Shown piece after piece: positions 14,278 to 23,086 of a DNA stretch of 25,064 nucleotides. The DNA is from a bacterium (GTDB lineage Bacteria > Zhuqueibacterota > Zhuqueibacteria > Oceanimicrobiales > Oceanimicrobiaceae): assembly GCA_037446635.1 (NCBI GenBank), contig JBBIIG010000059.1, positions 1 through 25,064 on the forward strand. The letters run 5' to 3'. Positions within the stretch are counted from its first letter, which is position 1, and each line of letters begins with the position of its first letter. A program made the position numbers and the translations under genes. The notes below the pieces were generated by a model. It had not been told where the DNA came from and did no database searches. It was given only the letters and a program-made list of their open reading frames with translations.

Positions 14278-16446
14278 TTAATTCTTCAAAATTGTGAACG
14301 ACACGAACTTGGTCTGATCTTTTTCCACCGTTACGATGATATCTTTTGGCACCGCGTTGAAGCCGTCCCGCCGCACTTCGATGGTGTGGGTTCCCACGGG
14401 CAGACTCAACTCCAGCGGTGTGGTATTGGGGGCGCCCTCCCAGAGCTTGCCATTCACATACACATAGCCGAAGCCATATTGCGCTGCATTTTTTAGCGAC
14501 ACCGCCACTTTGCCAAATTCCGCCTGCGCAAAATTGTGCTTCAACCGCTGCACTTCTCCCACCTTTAAGCTCACCGTCTGCTCGTGGCTTTTGTTGAGAC
14601 TGGTGTTGACGAAGCGCACCCTGTGGTCGCCCCAGGGCAAATTGAGCTGCAATGGCGTTTGGCCTTTGTAGAGTTTGCCATCCACGAAGATAGAATCGGC
14701 TTTGGGCAGCGCTTCGAGAATGAGGGTGCCATAAATTTCCTGGCGGGCGCTGATGTCAAAATTCAGCACCGGAGTTTTTTCCAGCGCCGTGAATTGGCGG
14801 GTGAGTGAAGCGTGCCCTTCTTTTGAAATTTTAATCGTGTAGGTTTTGTTGACTTCCAGCCCTGGGACTTCGAAAAAACCCTGCGCGTTGGTTTTGCCGC
14901 GAAATTGATTATCGATGAACACGAACGCTTCCACTGGTTGGTTTTGGGAGTGCACCATCACCGTGACTTTGGCGGCTTGCAAAGTCGCCGCCGGCCGGTC
15001 TGGAGTTTTACCATTTTCTGCCACTGCGCCGCTGACTGGCGACGTAGTGGGCGTCTCATTGGGCTTGGGCGCCGGCGGCGCGGCCGCTGTCGATTTTGGC
15101 GGCTCCGAGGTTGGCTTATCGTTGCTCACCACCGCGGCAATCACTTCTCCGTCGGTGGATTTTGATTCTGTTTTCGACGCTGGCACGGAACCCTCGGCGT
15201 CGGCGTCGGCTTCGGATTCAGATATCGGCGGCGTTATCACCGGGCCGACGGTTGCAGCGATTAACGAATCGTCGGCGGGCAGCGAGTCGCCGGCGGCGCT
15301 GACGGAATCCGGGGTGCTGGCTTGGGCAAACAACGAATCGCTTTGGATCGCGCCGCCGGTGGAGGAAAGCAATTCCTCCGCGATGCCACTTTCATCCTCC
15401 TCCCCGCCAAACGGCAGCGGCAGGCGATTGGTGATCAACAAAAACAGGATCAGAAAAATGAAAACAGCAGCGCCGGACTGCGCCAGTCTTTTGCGGCTGA
15501 TGGGAAAGGCGCGAGCGTTTTTGGCGCCAAAATCGATCTCGTACGCTTTATCATCGAAGTATTTTTGCTGAATCAGCTCTTCGGCTTCCTGGGGTTCGAG
15601 GGCGGCGGGCGTCATTTGCAAGTTGCCGCGCCGCAGCAATTCCAGCGAGTCAAGAAATTCTTTAAAATTGAGAAAACGCACGTTTTCCTTGACCGCCAGG
15701 GCTCGGTGCAGGATGGCCTCCATTTCCTGCGGCAGCCCTTTTTCCACAAAGTTGATGGCCGGCCAATCGCCGTTCAGATGATGTCTTTGCACCGCAGCCA
15801 TGCTGCCGGTCTTGCCTGCAGGGAACGGGAGCGCGCCGTTGACAAGGTGATATAGAATGATTCCCAGAGAATAAATATCCACTCGGCCGTCGTAGGTTTG
15901 CGGCTTATAGAATTCCGGTGAAATATAATGCGCCAGCTGCACCGCCTCTTTGTCCGTGCGTTGCAAAATTTGCGGCACGTACCAGTTGAATCCGAAATCA
16001 TGGATTTTGATGTCGCCGTCGCTGCTGATGAAGATGGAATCGGGGTTCAGCAGGCCGTGGATGGCGCCCTGCAGATGGGCGCTGCGCAGCGCCTTGCCGA
16101 CGCGCACAAACATTTCGATGAGATCCTCGAATGAGAGGGCGAACTCCGGCTGAATAATCGAGCGCAAGGGCTCGTGGGTGATGGCCTCAGCGGCGATGAA
16201 ATAGCGGCCGGAATCGCCGCCAAAATGAATCACTTTGCAGATGCTCGGGTTGTCCAACAAGCTGGCTATCCGCGCTCCGTTTAAGAAATTGAAACCCGAG
16301 TGTTTCTCTTTCGCGCGGGTTTCATCCAGCACTTTGAGAAAGACTGTTTGGCCAGTGTCCTGATCCTCGGCCTCGTAAAGCGTGTAGCAGAGCTTTTTGC
16401 CAATCTCGTTGTTGATTTTAAAACGATCCAGATTTTTTAAGGACAT
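14278..16446 (-). CDS. Membrane Hanks-type kinase-fold protein (probable pseudokinase) with an S/T/P-rich linker and C-terminal PEGA domains
   Basis: VFLK, HGLLNPDSI, KIHDFG, YISPE, DIYSLG and G.LPF, then a TM helix (AAVFIFLILFLLI). PEGA-like repeats VFID..FRGKT, IFVDG...GQTPL...G.H.V and VYVNG...TTPL...G.HTIEVRRDGF. Confidence 0.85.
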   Translation of the reverse strand: MSLKNLDRFKINNEIGKKLCYTLYEAEDQDTGQTVFLKVLDETRAKEKHSGFNFLNGARIASLLDNPSICKVIHFGGDSGRYFIAAEAITHEPLRSIIQPEFALSFEDLIEMFVRVGKALRSAHLQGAIHGLLNPDSIFISSDGDIKIHDFGFNWYVPQILQRTDKEAVQLAHYISPEFYKPQTYDGRVDIYSLGIILYHLVNGALPFPAGKTGSMAAVQRHHLNGDWPAINFVEKGLPQEMEAILHRALAVKENVRFLNFKEFLDSLELLRRGNLQMTPAALEPQEAEELIQQKYFDDKAYEIDFGAKNARAFPISRKRLAQSGAAVFIFLILFLLITNRLPLPFGGEEDESGIAEELLSSTGGAIQSDSLFAQASTPDSVSAAGDSLPADDSLIAATVGPVITPPISESEADADAEGSVPASKTESKSTDGEVIAAVVSNDKPTSEPPKSTAAAPPAPKPNETPTTSPVSGAVAENGKTPDRPAATLQAAKVTVMVHSQNQPVEAFVFIDNQFRGKTNAQGFFEVPGLEVNKTYTIKISKEGHASLTRQFTALEKTPVLNFDISARQEIYGTLILEALPKADSIFVDGKLYKGQTPLQLNLPWGDHRVRFVNTSLNKSHEQTVSLKVGEVQRLKHNFAQAEFGKVAVSLKNAAQYGFGYVYVNGKLWEGAPNTTPLELSLPVGTHTIEVRRDGFNAVPKDIIVTVEKDQTKFVSFTILKN

Positions 16447-16801
16447 TATCTCAACCTAACGATTTTATTTCAAATAAGCATTGCAATTATAAAATCTATA
16501 CACAAAGCGTTATAAATGCAAACGCTTTTTATAAAATCTTACCAACGATTTACTGGGATTCCTAATGTCTAATTGGCTGCAATTGCTTGTGGCGCCTGCA
16601 AGGTGGGGCTGTTCCGGTCTTTCGAAATGCTCTTGGAGGCCAGGGTGTCGCGCGGTATTAAGTGCGGCAGGTGGCAGCGCTGCCGACGCCGGCGGTCGGT
16701 GAAATCAGCCGCTGCAAACTGTATCTTCGCTGTCACCGCCTGCACGGTGCATGATTCTAATTTTTTATTGAATTAGGTTGGTGCCCGCATTGAATCTTGG
16801 A

Positions 16802-18520
16802 TTATTGGAACATCGGCGCGACGTTATAGGCCTTCAACGCGTATTCCATGATCATGCGGTGGGTGTTAAAATATGAAGCCAGGATGGCGATGTTGAATTT
16901 CATCATCTGAATCCAGCGCGGGCGATCGTTGTAATATAAAGGAACGATAACTTTTTCCAGCTTGTTGTACAAATCCACAATGTCCTGATTTTCATCGTAA
17001 TCGGAAAGCTCGGACTCTTTTGCTTCCGGGCCTATGGCCCAACCCGTGATACCTTCTATACAACCCTCCACCCACCAGCCGTCCAACACACTAAAATTGA
17101 TCACGCCGTTGTGCGCCGCTTTCATGCCGCTGGTGCCGGAGGCTTCGCGGGGGCGCTGGGGATTGTTGAGCCAGACGTCCACGCCCGAAGTGATGACGCC
17201 GCCCAGGTTCATGTCGTAGTTTTGGAGATAGGCAACATCGACTTTACCTTCTAATTTTTTGATGCCCTCAAAAACCTTGCGGATAACTTGCTTGCCCACG
17301 TCGTCTTTGGGATGGGCTTTGCCGGCAAACACAAATTGCACTTTATCGCCGGCGATTTGCACCAGCCGGTCGAGATCGGAAAAAATCAAATTGGCGCGTT
17401 TGTAGCCGGCGGCGCGTCGCGCGAAGCCGATGGTGAGGCGATTCAAATTCATGCGCACGCCGGTTTCTTCTTCTACCACGCGCAACAGCTTGCCCTTGCA
17501 CACCATGTGAGCTTTCCAGATTTCTTCATCCGGGATAAACATGGCGCGGCTAAAATGACAGGGGTCGATATCCCAGCCCGGCAAATACTGGTTGAACAGC
17601 CGCTGAAAACTGGGAGCCGTCCAACTGGCAGAATGCACGCCGTTGGTGATGCCAACAATTTTGGGATTGTTGAGCAGTTTTTGAGAGACCGCCGAATGTT
17701 TAGCCGACACGCCATTCACAAACCGGCTGAGCTTAAGCGAGATCGTGGTCAGATTCACCGGCTTTTCGCCCTCTAAAATCTCAATCAAATAATCGATGTA
17801 CACCGGGCTGATCACCCGCCGCACCAGGCCAAAGTCGAAAACATCGTGGCCGGCGGGAACGGGCGTGTGGGTGGTAAAAATACATTCCTTTTTCACTTTT
17901 TCGTAGGAGCTGTAACCACTTTCGCGGATCAACTCCAACGCTAGCAGGCTGGCGTGCCCTTCGTTAAGATGGTAGTTGCGAATGTTGCGGTAGCCAAGAT
18001 CGCGCAGCATACGCACGCCGCCAATTCCCAAAATGATCTCTTGACAAAGTCGGGTGTATTGATCGCCGCCGTAAAGATGTTTGTTGAGCTCTCGATCCTG
18101 CTCCGAGTTTTCCGGCACATTAACGTCAAGAAAAAAAACCGGCACCACGTAGCCAAACTTGCCGACGATTTCGTATTCCCAAACCCGCACGTGCACCCGG
18201 CGTCCTTCAATTTTTAATTCCACCCGATTCGGCAACTGCTTCAGCTTCAGCTCCGGATGCCAGCGCACGTCGGTTTCGATCTGGCGGCCGTCGGCGTCCA
18301 ACCCCTGGTGAAAATATCCAAATTGATGAAACAGAGTGATGCACACCATTGGAATGCCGAGATCGGCCGCGGAACGCAGGGTGTCGCCGGCCAACACTCC
18401 CAGGCCGCCGCTGTAGGAGGGGATGTCGTTTTCCAGTCCTACTTCCATCGTAAAGTAGGCGATCTCTCGCTTCGATTTATCTTCACTGAGCCGTTTGAAA
18501 ATTTCGCTCGCTTCCTGCAT
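16802..18520 (-). CDS. glgP: Alpha-glucan family phosphorylase, compact 572 aa
   Basis: IAYFTME.G, YSGGLGVLAGD, RL.QEI.LGIGG, HLNEGH, FTTHTPVPAGHD.F, ITNGVH, GFARR...YKR, FAGKAHP and the PLP motif EASGTSGMK. Confidence 0.95.
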   Translation of the reverse strand: MQEASEIFKRLSEDKSKREIAYFTMEVGLENDIPSYSGGLGVLAGDTLRSAADLGIPMVCITLFHQFGYFHQGLDADGRQIETDVRWHPELKLKQLPNRVELKIEGRRVHVRVWEYEIVGKFGYVVPVFFLDVNVPENSEQDRELNKHLYGGDQYTRLCQEIILGIGGVRMLRDLGYRNIRNYHLNEGHASLLALELIRESGYSSYEKVKKECIFTTHTPVPAGHDVFDFGLVRRVISPVYIDYLIEILEGEKPVNLTTISLKLSRFVNGVSAKHSAVSQKLLNNPKIVGITNGVHSASWTAPSFQRLFNQYLPGWDIDPCHFSRAMFIPDEEIWKAHMVCKGKLLRVVEEETGVRMNLNRLTIGFARRAAGYKRANLIFSDLDRLVQIAGDKVQFVFAGKAHPKDDVGKQVIRKVFEGIKKLEGKVDVAYLQNYDMNLGGVITSGVDVWLNNPQRPREASGTSGMKAAHNGVINFSVLDGWWVEGCIEGITGWAIGPEAKESELSDYDENQDIVDLYNKLEKVIVPLYYNDRPRWIQMMKFNIAILASYFNTHRMIMEYALKAYNVAPMFQ

Positions 18521-18696
18521 CAGTTTTTCCCTTCACGGTTAATCAAATAGGACGCACTTATATATCGACCAAAACACAAACCTGCTGAAACGATTTATTG
18601 CCCTTGCCCCAATTAGCTTTTCCCCCTATCGTGATTTGGAAATGAATTTGGAGTGCTACTGAATCATCGAATGGTCATGTTTGAAAAACCGTGCAA

Positions 18697-18766
18697 AATA
18701 TACAAAATTCTCCCACAATGTCAATGACTTTTTCGGGCTTGACATTTTATGATGGCGGATTATATT
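18697..18766. promoter_or_regulatory. Back-to-back divergent sigma70-type promoters for glgP and the cytochrome c gene
   Basis: Minus strand TTGACA(18724-18719)-N16-TATATT(18702-18697). Plus strand TTGACA(18739-18744)-N16-TATATT(18761-18766). Confidence 0.6.
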
Positions 18767-18810
18767 TATCATAATTTTTTTTCGAAGAATTGAATAACTG
18801 AGGAGGAGGA

Positions 18811-19797
18811 ATGAAAAAAATCGTGAAGACTGTTGCCGCTCTCATCAGTGTGATTGTGCTGGTGGCGGCCGCGGCGCTCATTTACTTGTTTACGGCGTAC
18901 CCAAAAGCTGAGCCGGCTGAGGACATTGTCGTCGAAGCCACGCCGGCGCGGCTGGCGCGCGGCGAGTACCTCGCCAAACACGTCACCGTGTGCATCGATT
19001 GCCATTCCACCCGCGAGTGGCAATACTTCTCCGGTCCCATATTGCCGGGCACGGAGGGTAAGGGCGGCGAAGCTCTCGACGAAAGCATGGGATTTCCGGG
19101 AGCGGTGTACGCCGCCAACATCACACCCGCGGCACTCGACAATTGGACCGACGGCGAGGTGGCGCGCGCCATCACCGATGGCGTCAACAAAAATGGCGAA
19201 CCGCTGTTTCCGCTCATGCCCTATTCGGTCTATCGCCATCTGTCGCAAGAAGATCTTTTTTCTATCATCACTTACATCCGAACCCTGCCGCCCATTGAAA
19301 ACGACATTCCCACACGTAAGCTGAATTTCCCCCTGAACCTGATCGTGCGCATGATTCCGGAGCCGGCTACCCCTCAGCCGCATCCCGATCCCAGCAACAT
19401 AGTAGCGTATGGCCAGTATCTCTCGCAAATCGCCGGCTGCCACTTTTGCCACACACCGGAAGACAACGGCAAAAAACTGCCGGGCATGGATTTCGCCGGC
19501 GGCATGAAATTTCAGTTTCCCAACGGCGACGTGGTGCAGTCTTTGAATTTGACCCCCGACCCAGAAACCGGTCTCGGCGATTGGGACAAAGAAACTTTCA
19601 TTCAAATTTTTCGCTCCTATTCACCAGATGAAGTTCGGCAAGTGCCGGTGCTAGCCGGCGAACTCAATACCGTGATGCCCTGGACTATGTATAACGGCAT
19701 GACGGATGAAGACCTCGGCGCCATTTACGAACATCTGCGCACCGTGCCGCCGGTTAAAAATCTCGTGGAAAGATTTATTCCAAAAGGCACAAATTAA
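18811..19797 (+). CDS. Membrane-anchored diheme c-type cytochrome
   Basis: N-terminal TM or signal, RGEYL...CIDCH, NITP, MP, then GQYL...CHFCH, NLTPD.ETGLG.W and MPW. GAGGAGG RBS. Confidence 0.92.
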   Translation: MKKIVKTVAALISVIVLVAAAALIYLFTAYPKAEPAEDIVVEATPARLARGEYLAKHVTVCIDCHSTREWQYFSGPILPGTEGKGGEALDESMGFPGAVYAANITPAALDNWTDGEVARAITDGVNKNGEPLFPLMPYSVYRHLSQEDLFSIITYIRTLPPIENDIPTRKLNFPLNLIVRMIPEPATPQPHPDPSNIVAYGQYLSQIAGCHFCHTPEDNGKKLPGMDFAGGMKFQFPNGDVVQSLNLTPDPETGLGDWDKETFIQIFRSYSPDEVRQVPVLAGELNTVMPWTMYNGMTDEDLGAIYEHLRTVPPVKNLVERFIPKGTN

Positions 19798-19874
19798 CAG
19801 CAGGCAATTGACAGCAAGCAATTGACACACCGCCTACCGCCTACTGCCAATTGCCTACTGCGAACTGCTGTTAA
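19794..19874. repeat. 81-bp imperfect inverted repeat built from tandem heptamers
   Basis: Perfect 10-bp ends TTAACAGCAG / CTGCTGTTAA. Left units GCAGGCA ATTGACA GCAAGCA ATTGACA. Right units CGCCTAC CGCCTAC TGCCAAT TGCCTAC TGCGAAC. Confidence 0.75.
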
Positions 19875-19889
19875 GTTAGGAGAAATCTT

Positions 19890-21182
19890 ATGAAACCAAC
19901 AGAGCGTTTTTTCACATTTTTGATTATTGCTCTTAGCGGAGCGAATTGGGCAGATGCCCAAACCTACGCCATCAAAGCCGGGCGCCTGATCGACGGCGTC
20001 AACAACAGCGTTTTGCAAAACCAGATCATTCTGATTCAGGGAAACAAAATCAGCGCCATCGGCAACGACCTGACGTTCGCCGATTCCACCACCGTTATCG
20101 ATCTCAGCAATCACACCGTGCTGCCCGGTTTCATCGACGCCCACACTCATATTCTTTTGCAGGGCGATATTACCTCCGAAGAATATGAAGAACAGATCTA
20201 CAAAGAGTCGATTCCGTATCGCACCATTCGCGCGACCGCCGCCGTGCGCGCGGCGCTGTGGAACGGCTTCACCGCCATGCGCGACGTGGAGACCGAAGGC
20301 GCCATGTACGCCGACGTCGATGTGAAAAAGGCCATCGAACGCGGCGTCATTCCGGGGCCGCGGCTGTGGGTATCCACGCGGGCGCTGAGCATCACCGGGC
20401 GCTACGGTCCCACCGGCTACGCCTGGGAATTGGATTTGCCGAAAGGCGTGCAGATTGTCGATGGCGCCGACGAGTGCCGCAAGGCCGTGCGCGAACAGGT
20501 GGCTAACGGCGCGGACTGGATTAAATTTTACGCCGACTCCCGCTATTTCATCGACCAAGACGGCGGGCTTTCCAGCAAAACCAATTTCACCAAAGAAGAA
20601 ATCACCGCGATTGTCGATGAAGCGCATCGCCTGGGGGTGAAGGTGGCAGCGCACGCCATCGGCCGCAACGGCATCAAAATGGCGCTGGATGCCGGCGTCG
20701 AATCCATCGAGCACGGCGATGGCTTTGACGACGCCCTCATTGCGCAGGCCAAAGCGCAAGGCGTGTTCTGGTGCCCGACGATGATGGTCACGGAATACGT
20801 GGCGCCGGGGCGCGCCGCCGCAGGCAGTGAAATCTGGCTGAAGATGCTGCCCATGCTCTATAAAGCCGTGAACAAAGGCTACAAAGCCGGGATGAAAGTC
20901 GTCCTCGGCACCGACGCCGGCGGTTTTCCGTGGACGATGAACCAGACGCAGGAATTTCAACTATTCGTAGAGAAGGCCGGCTTCGCTCCGATGGACGCTA
21001 TTAGAGCCGGAACGTCTGTGGCTGCGGAACTATTGGATCAATCCGATCAAATCGGCCACTTGGCGCCGGGAAAATTAGCGGACATCGTGGCAGCGCCAGG
21101 CGATCCGCTGCAGGACATCACGGTGCTGCAAAAGGTGAGTTTTGTGATGAAGGATGGGAAAATTTTCCGGCAGGAAAAGTAG
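19890..21182 (+). CDS. Secreted metal-dependent amidohydrolase (Xaa-Pro dipeptidase/carboxypeptidase-like subgroup)
   Basis: Signal peptide, PGFIDAHTH, GADWIK, VAAHA, SIEHG, GTDAG and G.LAPGKLADIVA. AGGAG RBS. Confidence 0.92.
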   Translation: MKPTERFFTFLIIALSGANWADAQTYAIKAGRLIDGVNNSVLQNQIILIQGNKISAIGNDLTFADSTTVIDLSNHTVLPGFIDAHTHILLQGDITSEEYEEQIYKESIPYRTIRATAAVRAALWNGFTAMRDVETEGAMYADVDVKKAIERGVIPGPRLWVSTRALSITGRYGPTGYAWELDLPKGVQIVDGADECRKAVREQVANGADWIKFYADSRYFIDQDGGLSSKTNFTKEEITAIVDEAHRLGVKVAAHAIGRNGIKMALDAGVESIEHGDGFDDALIAQAKAQGVFWCPTMMVTEYVAPGRAAAGSEIWLKMLPMLYKAVNKGYKAGMKVVLGTDAGGFPWTMNQTQEFQLFVEKAGFAPMDAIRAGTSVAAELLDQSDQIGHLAPGKLADIVAAPGDPLQDITVLQKVSFVMKDGKIFRQEK

Positions 21183-21306
21183 ATATAAAGTGGGGCTTTA
21201 TGTTCCTCATAATTTTCAGCCAATGAAACTAGGGCCCATTTAATCCGGTAATCGAAACTGCTGCGGGTAGGAAGATTCGCCAGAAATAGTAAAACTCCCG
21301 ACCACC

Positions 21307-22059
21307 ATGACTACGAAGACCGCACACTTTCGCTTCTATGAAGAGCTTAACGATTTTTTGCCGCCGGAAAAACACAAAATCGCTTTTGCGTATGAATTCA
21401 CCGGCGCGCCGGCCGTCAAAGACGCCATCGAAGCCATCGGCGTGCCGCACCCCGAAGTGGATTTAATTGTCGTGAATGGGCATTCGGTGGGATTTGATTA
21501 TCAACTTCAATCCGGCGACCGCGTGGCGGTTTACCCGATGTTTGAAACGTTGGATATCTCGCCGATCCTGCATTTGCGGCCGCAGCCGCTGCGCGAGTTG
21601 CGCTTCATCCTCGACGTCCATCTCGGCACGCTGGCGCGCCGGCTGCGGCTGCTGGGGTTCGATACGCTTTATCAAAATGACTACCGGGATTCGAACATTG
21701 TTGAAATCGCCGCACTGGAGAAGCGCATCATTTTAACCCGCGACCGCGGCATCTTGAAAAACAAAGCGGTCACTCACGGCTACTGGCTGCGCGCCAGCGA
21801 TCCGAATCGGCAAATCGAAGAAGTGATCCGCCGCTTTCATCTGTCCTCGCGCATCGAGCCGTTTTGCCGCTGCCTTCTTTGTAATGGTCTCATCCAGAGT
21901 GTGACGAAGCAGGATATTCTCGAAAAACTTCCTGAGCGAACCGCAAGCTTCTATCATGAGTTTTACCAGTGCGCCCAGTGCGGAAAAGTTTACTGGAAGG
22001 GCTCTCATTACAAAAAGATGGAGTCATTGATCGACAAAGTAAAACAGGCCGTATCATGA
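21307..22059 (+). CDS. Mut7-C ubiquitin-like plus Mut7-C RNase (PIN-fold, Zn-ribbon) domain protein
   Basis: FRFYEELNDFLP, KD.IEA.GVPHPEVDL, FILDVHLG.LAR.LRLLGFDT, RIILTRD, RCLLCNG and CAQCGKVYWKGSH. Confidence 0.92.
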   Translation: MTTKTAHFRFYEELNDFLPPEKHKIAFAYEFTGAPAVKDAIEAIGVPHPEVDLIVVNGHSVGFDYQLQSGDRVAVYPMFETLDISPILHLRPQPLRELRFILDVHLGTLARRLRLLGFDTLYQNDYRDSNIVEIAALEKRIILTRDRGILKNKAVTHGYWLRASDPNRQIEEVIRRFHLSSRIEPFCRCLLCNGLIQSVTKQDILEKLPERTASFYHEFYQCAQCGKVYWKGSHYKKMESLIDKVKQAVS

Positions 22060-22430
22060 AGAAGCAAGGCTCACCTCGCATTACTCATCTTTCCTGGGGA
22101 CGAATCCTCGTGGAAGGAAAGTCACAACCTTACAAAGACGCCAAGCTCTTTCCGGGCGGTTCGCGCGAGTGGGATTGGAACGAGACCGGCACCCGCCACG
22201 CGCCGGGCATCCAATCAGCGGATGTGGCGGAACTTCTCGAACACGGCGCACAAATCATCGTGCTCTCCAAAGGAATGTGGGAACGGCTGCAGGTCTGTCC
22301 GGAGACCTTACAATTTTTGGAAGGGCGCGGCGTCGCGGTGCACGTTCTGCAAACCGAGACGGCCGTGAAGCTTTACAATCAGCTTGCGGAAAAAGAAAGC
22401 GTCGGCGGGCTGTTTCATTCTACGTGTTAA
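22056..22430 (+). CDS. Mth938-like domain (AAMDC/DUF498) protein, 124 aa
   Basis: ATG 22056 overlaps the Mut7-C stop (ATGA). SP.I..LSWG, YKD.K..PGGSR.WDW.ETGT.H.PG.Q.ADV and GG.FHSTC. Confidence 0.9.
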   Translation: MKKQGSPRITHLSWGRILVEGKSQPYKDAKLFPGGSREWDWNETGTRHAPGIQSADVAELLEHGAQIIVLSKGMWERLQVCPETLQFLEGRGVAVHVLQTETAVKLYNQLAEKESVGGLFHSTC

Positions 22431-22475
22431 ACCCAACAAAAAGATGAAGTCGCCAACTTAATTCTTGAATCTCTC

Positions 22476-22955
22476 TTACCTCTGCTTCCGCTGCACTCCA
22501 ACATACAAATCATCTTCATTCCCGTCCTGATCCCAATCCAGTCGAATGATAAACTCGCCTAAATCGTCTTTGATCGTCACTTTCGATCGGTAGGTTTCGG
22601 CGCTGGGCTGCGTCTGATTGAGAATGAGTGAATCGCCGCGCACGCTCCAAGTCCCCGACGCTGTGTGGAAGAGGGAGTCGCTAAGGTTGCGGTACTCGGA
22701 AATGTAAGCGCCGTCTTCTTTGTAAAACGTACGAATCGGTTTCATGCGCAGTTTTTCTTCCCAGTTGCTTTCATCCGCGGCAAAGACGGCGCTGGAGTCG
22801 CTGTTGTTGATGCTATTGATCGTAACGTGGATGGAAACGTTGCGCCACTCGCCCAGTAAGGCTTCCCGCAAATTGGTTTGAGTTGTTTGTTGAGGAGAAC
22901 AAGCAACCAAACTGAGCGCCATTAAAAATAAGCTGAAAATGATTTTTGTGTTCAT
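22476..22955 (-). CDS. Lipoprotein of unknown function, 159 aa, possibly a lipocalin-like barrel
   Basis: Start placed at ATG 22955 (AAGAAAGGA RBS). MNTKIIFSLFLMALSLVA-C lipobox, LLGEW and GTWSVRGDSL. Confidence 0.78.
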   Translation of the reverse strand: MNTKIIFSLFLMALSLVACSPQQTTQTNLREALLGEWRNVSIHVTINSINNSDSSAVFAADESNWEEKLRMKPIRTFYKEDGAYISEYRNLSDSLFHTASGTWSVRGDSLILNQTQPSAETYRSKVTIKDDLGEFIIRLDWDQDGNEDDLYVGVQRKQR

Positions 22956-22983
22956 GTTCGATCCTTTCTTAGCAAAGTTTTTA

Positions 22984-23073
22984 AACCGCAAAGAACGCAA
23001 GGCGAGCGCAAAGATCGCTAACAAAATCTTTTCCTTTGCGCCCCTTTGGGTTTTCTTAGCGGCCATTGCGGTT
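22984..23073. repeat. 90-bp imperfect inverted repeat of CGCAAAG-type heptamers
   Basis: Left arm AAC-CGCAAAG-AA-CGCAAGG-CGAG-CGCAAAG-AT-CGCTAAC. Right arm (reverse complement) AAC-CGCAATG-GC-CGCTAAG-AAAA-CCCAAAG-GGG-CGCAAAG. Ends are AACCGCAA/TTGCGGTT. Confidence 0.8.
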
Positions 23074-23086
23074 GAGTTTGTTGCCG

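Noticed and set aside
16570..16735. Minus-strand frame ending ...QAIAAN*, reminiscent of a tmRNA tag
   Set aside because: No tRNA-like ends or tmRNA resume context were seen, and the region is too short.
19794..20960. Long antisense ORFs (also 4268-5146, 5282-6097, 14915-15571, 18769-19605)
   Set aside because: They lie opposite well-supported genes, show no motifs, and are expected from GC-rich codon bias.
21183..21204. Hairpin ATATAAAG-TGGGG-CTTTATGT after the amidohydrolase as a terminator
   Set aside because: The stem is AT-rich and weak with no clear U-tract, so support is insufficient.
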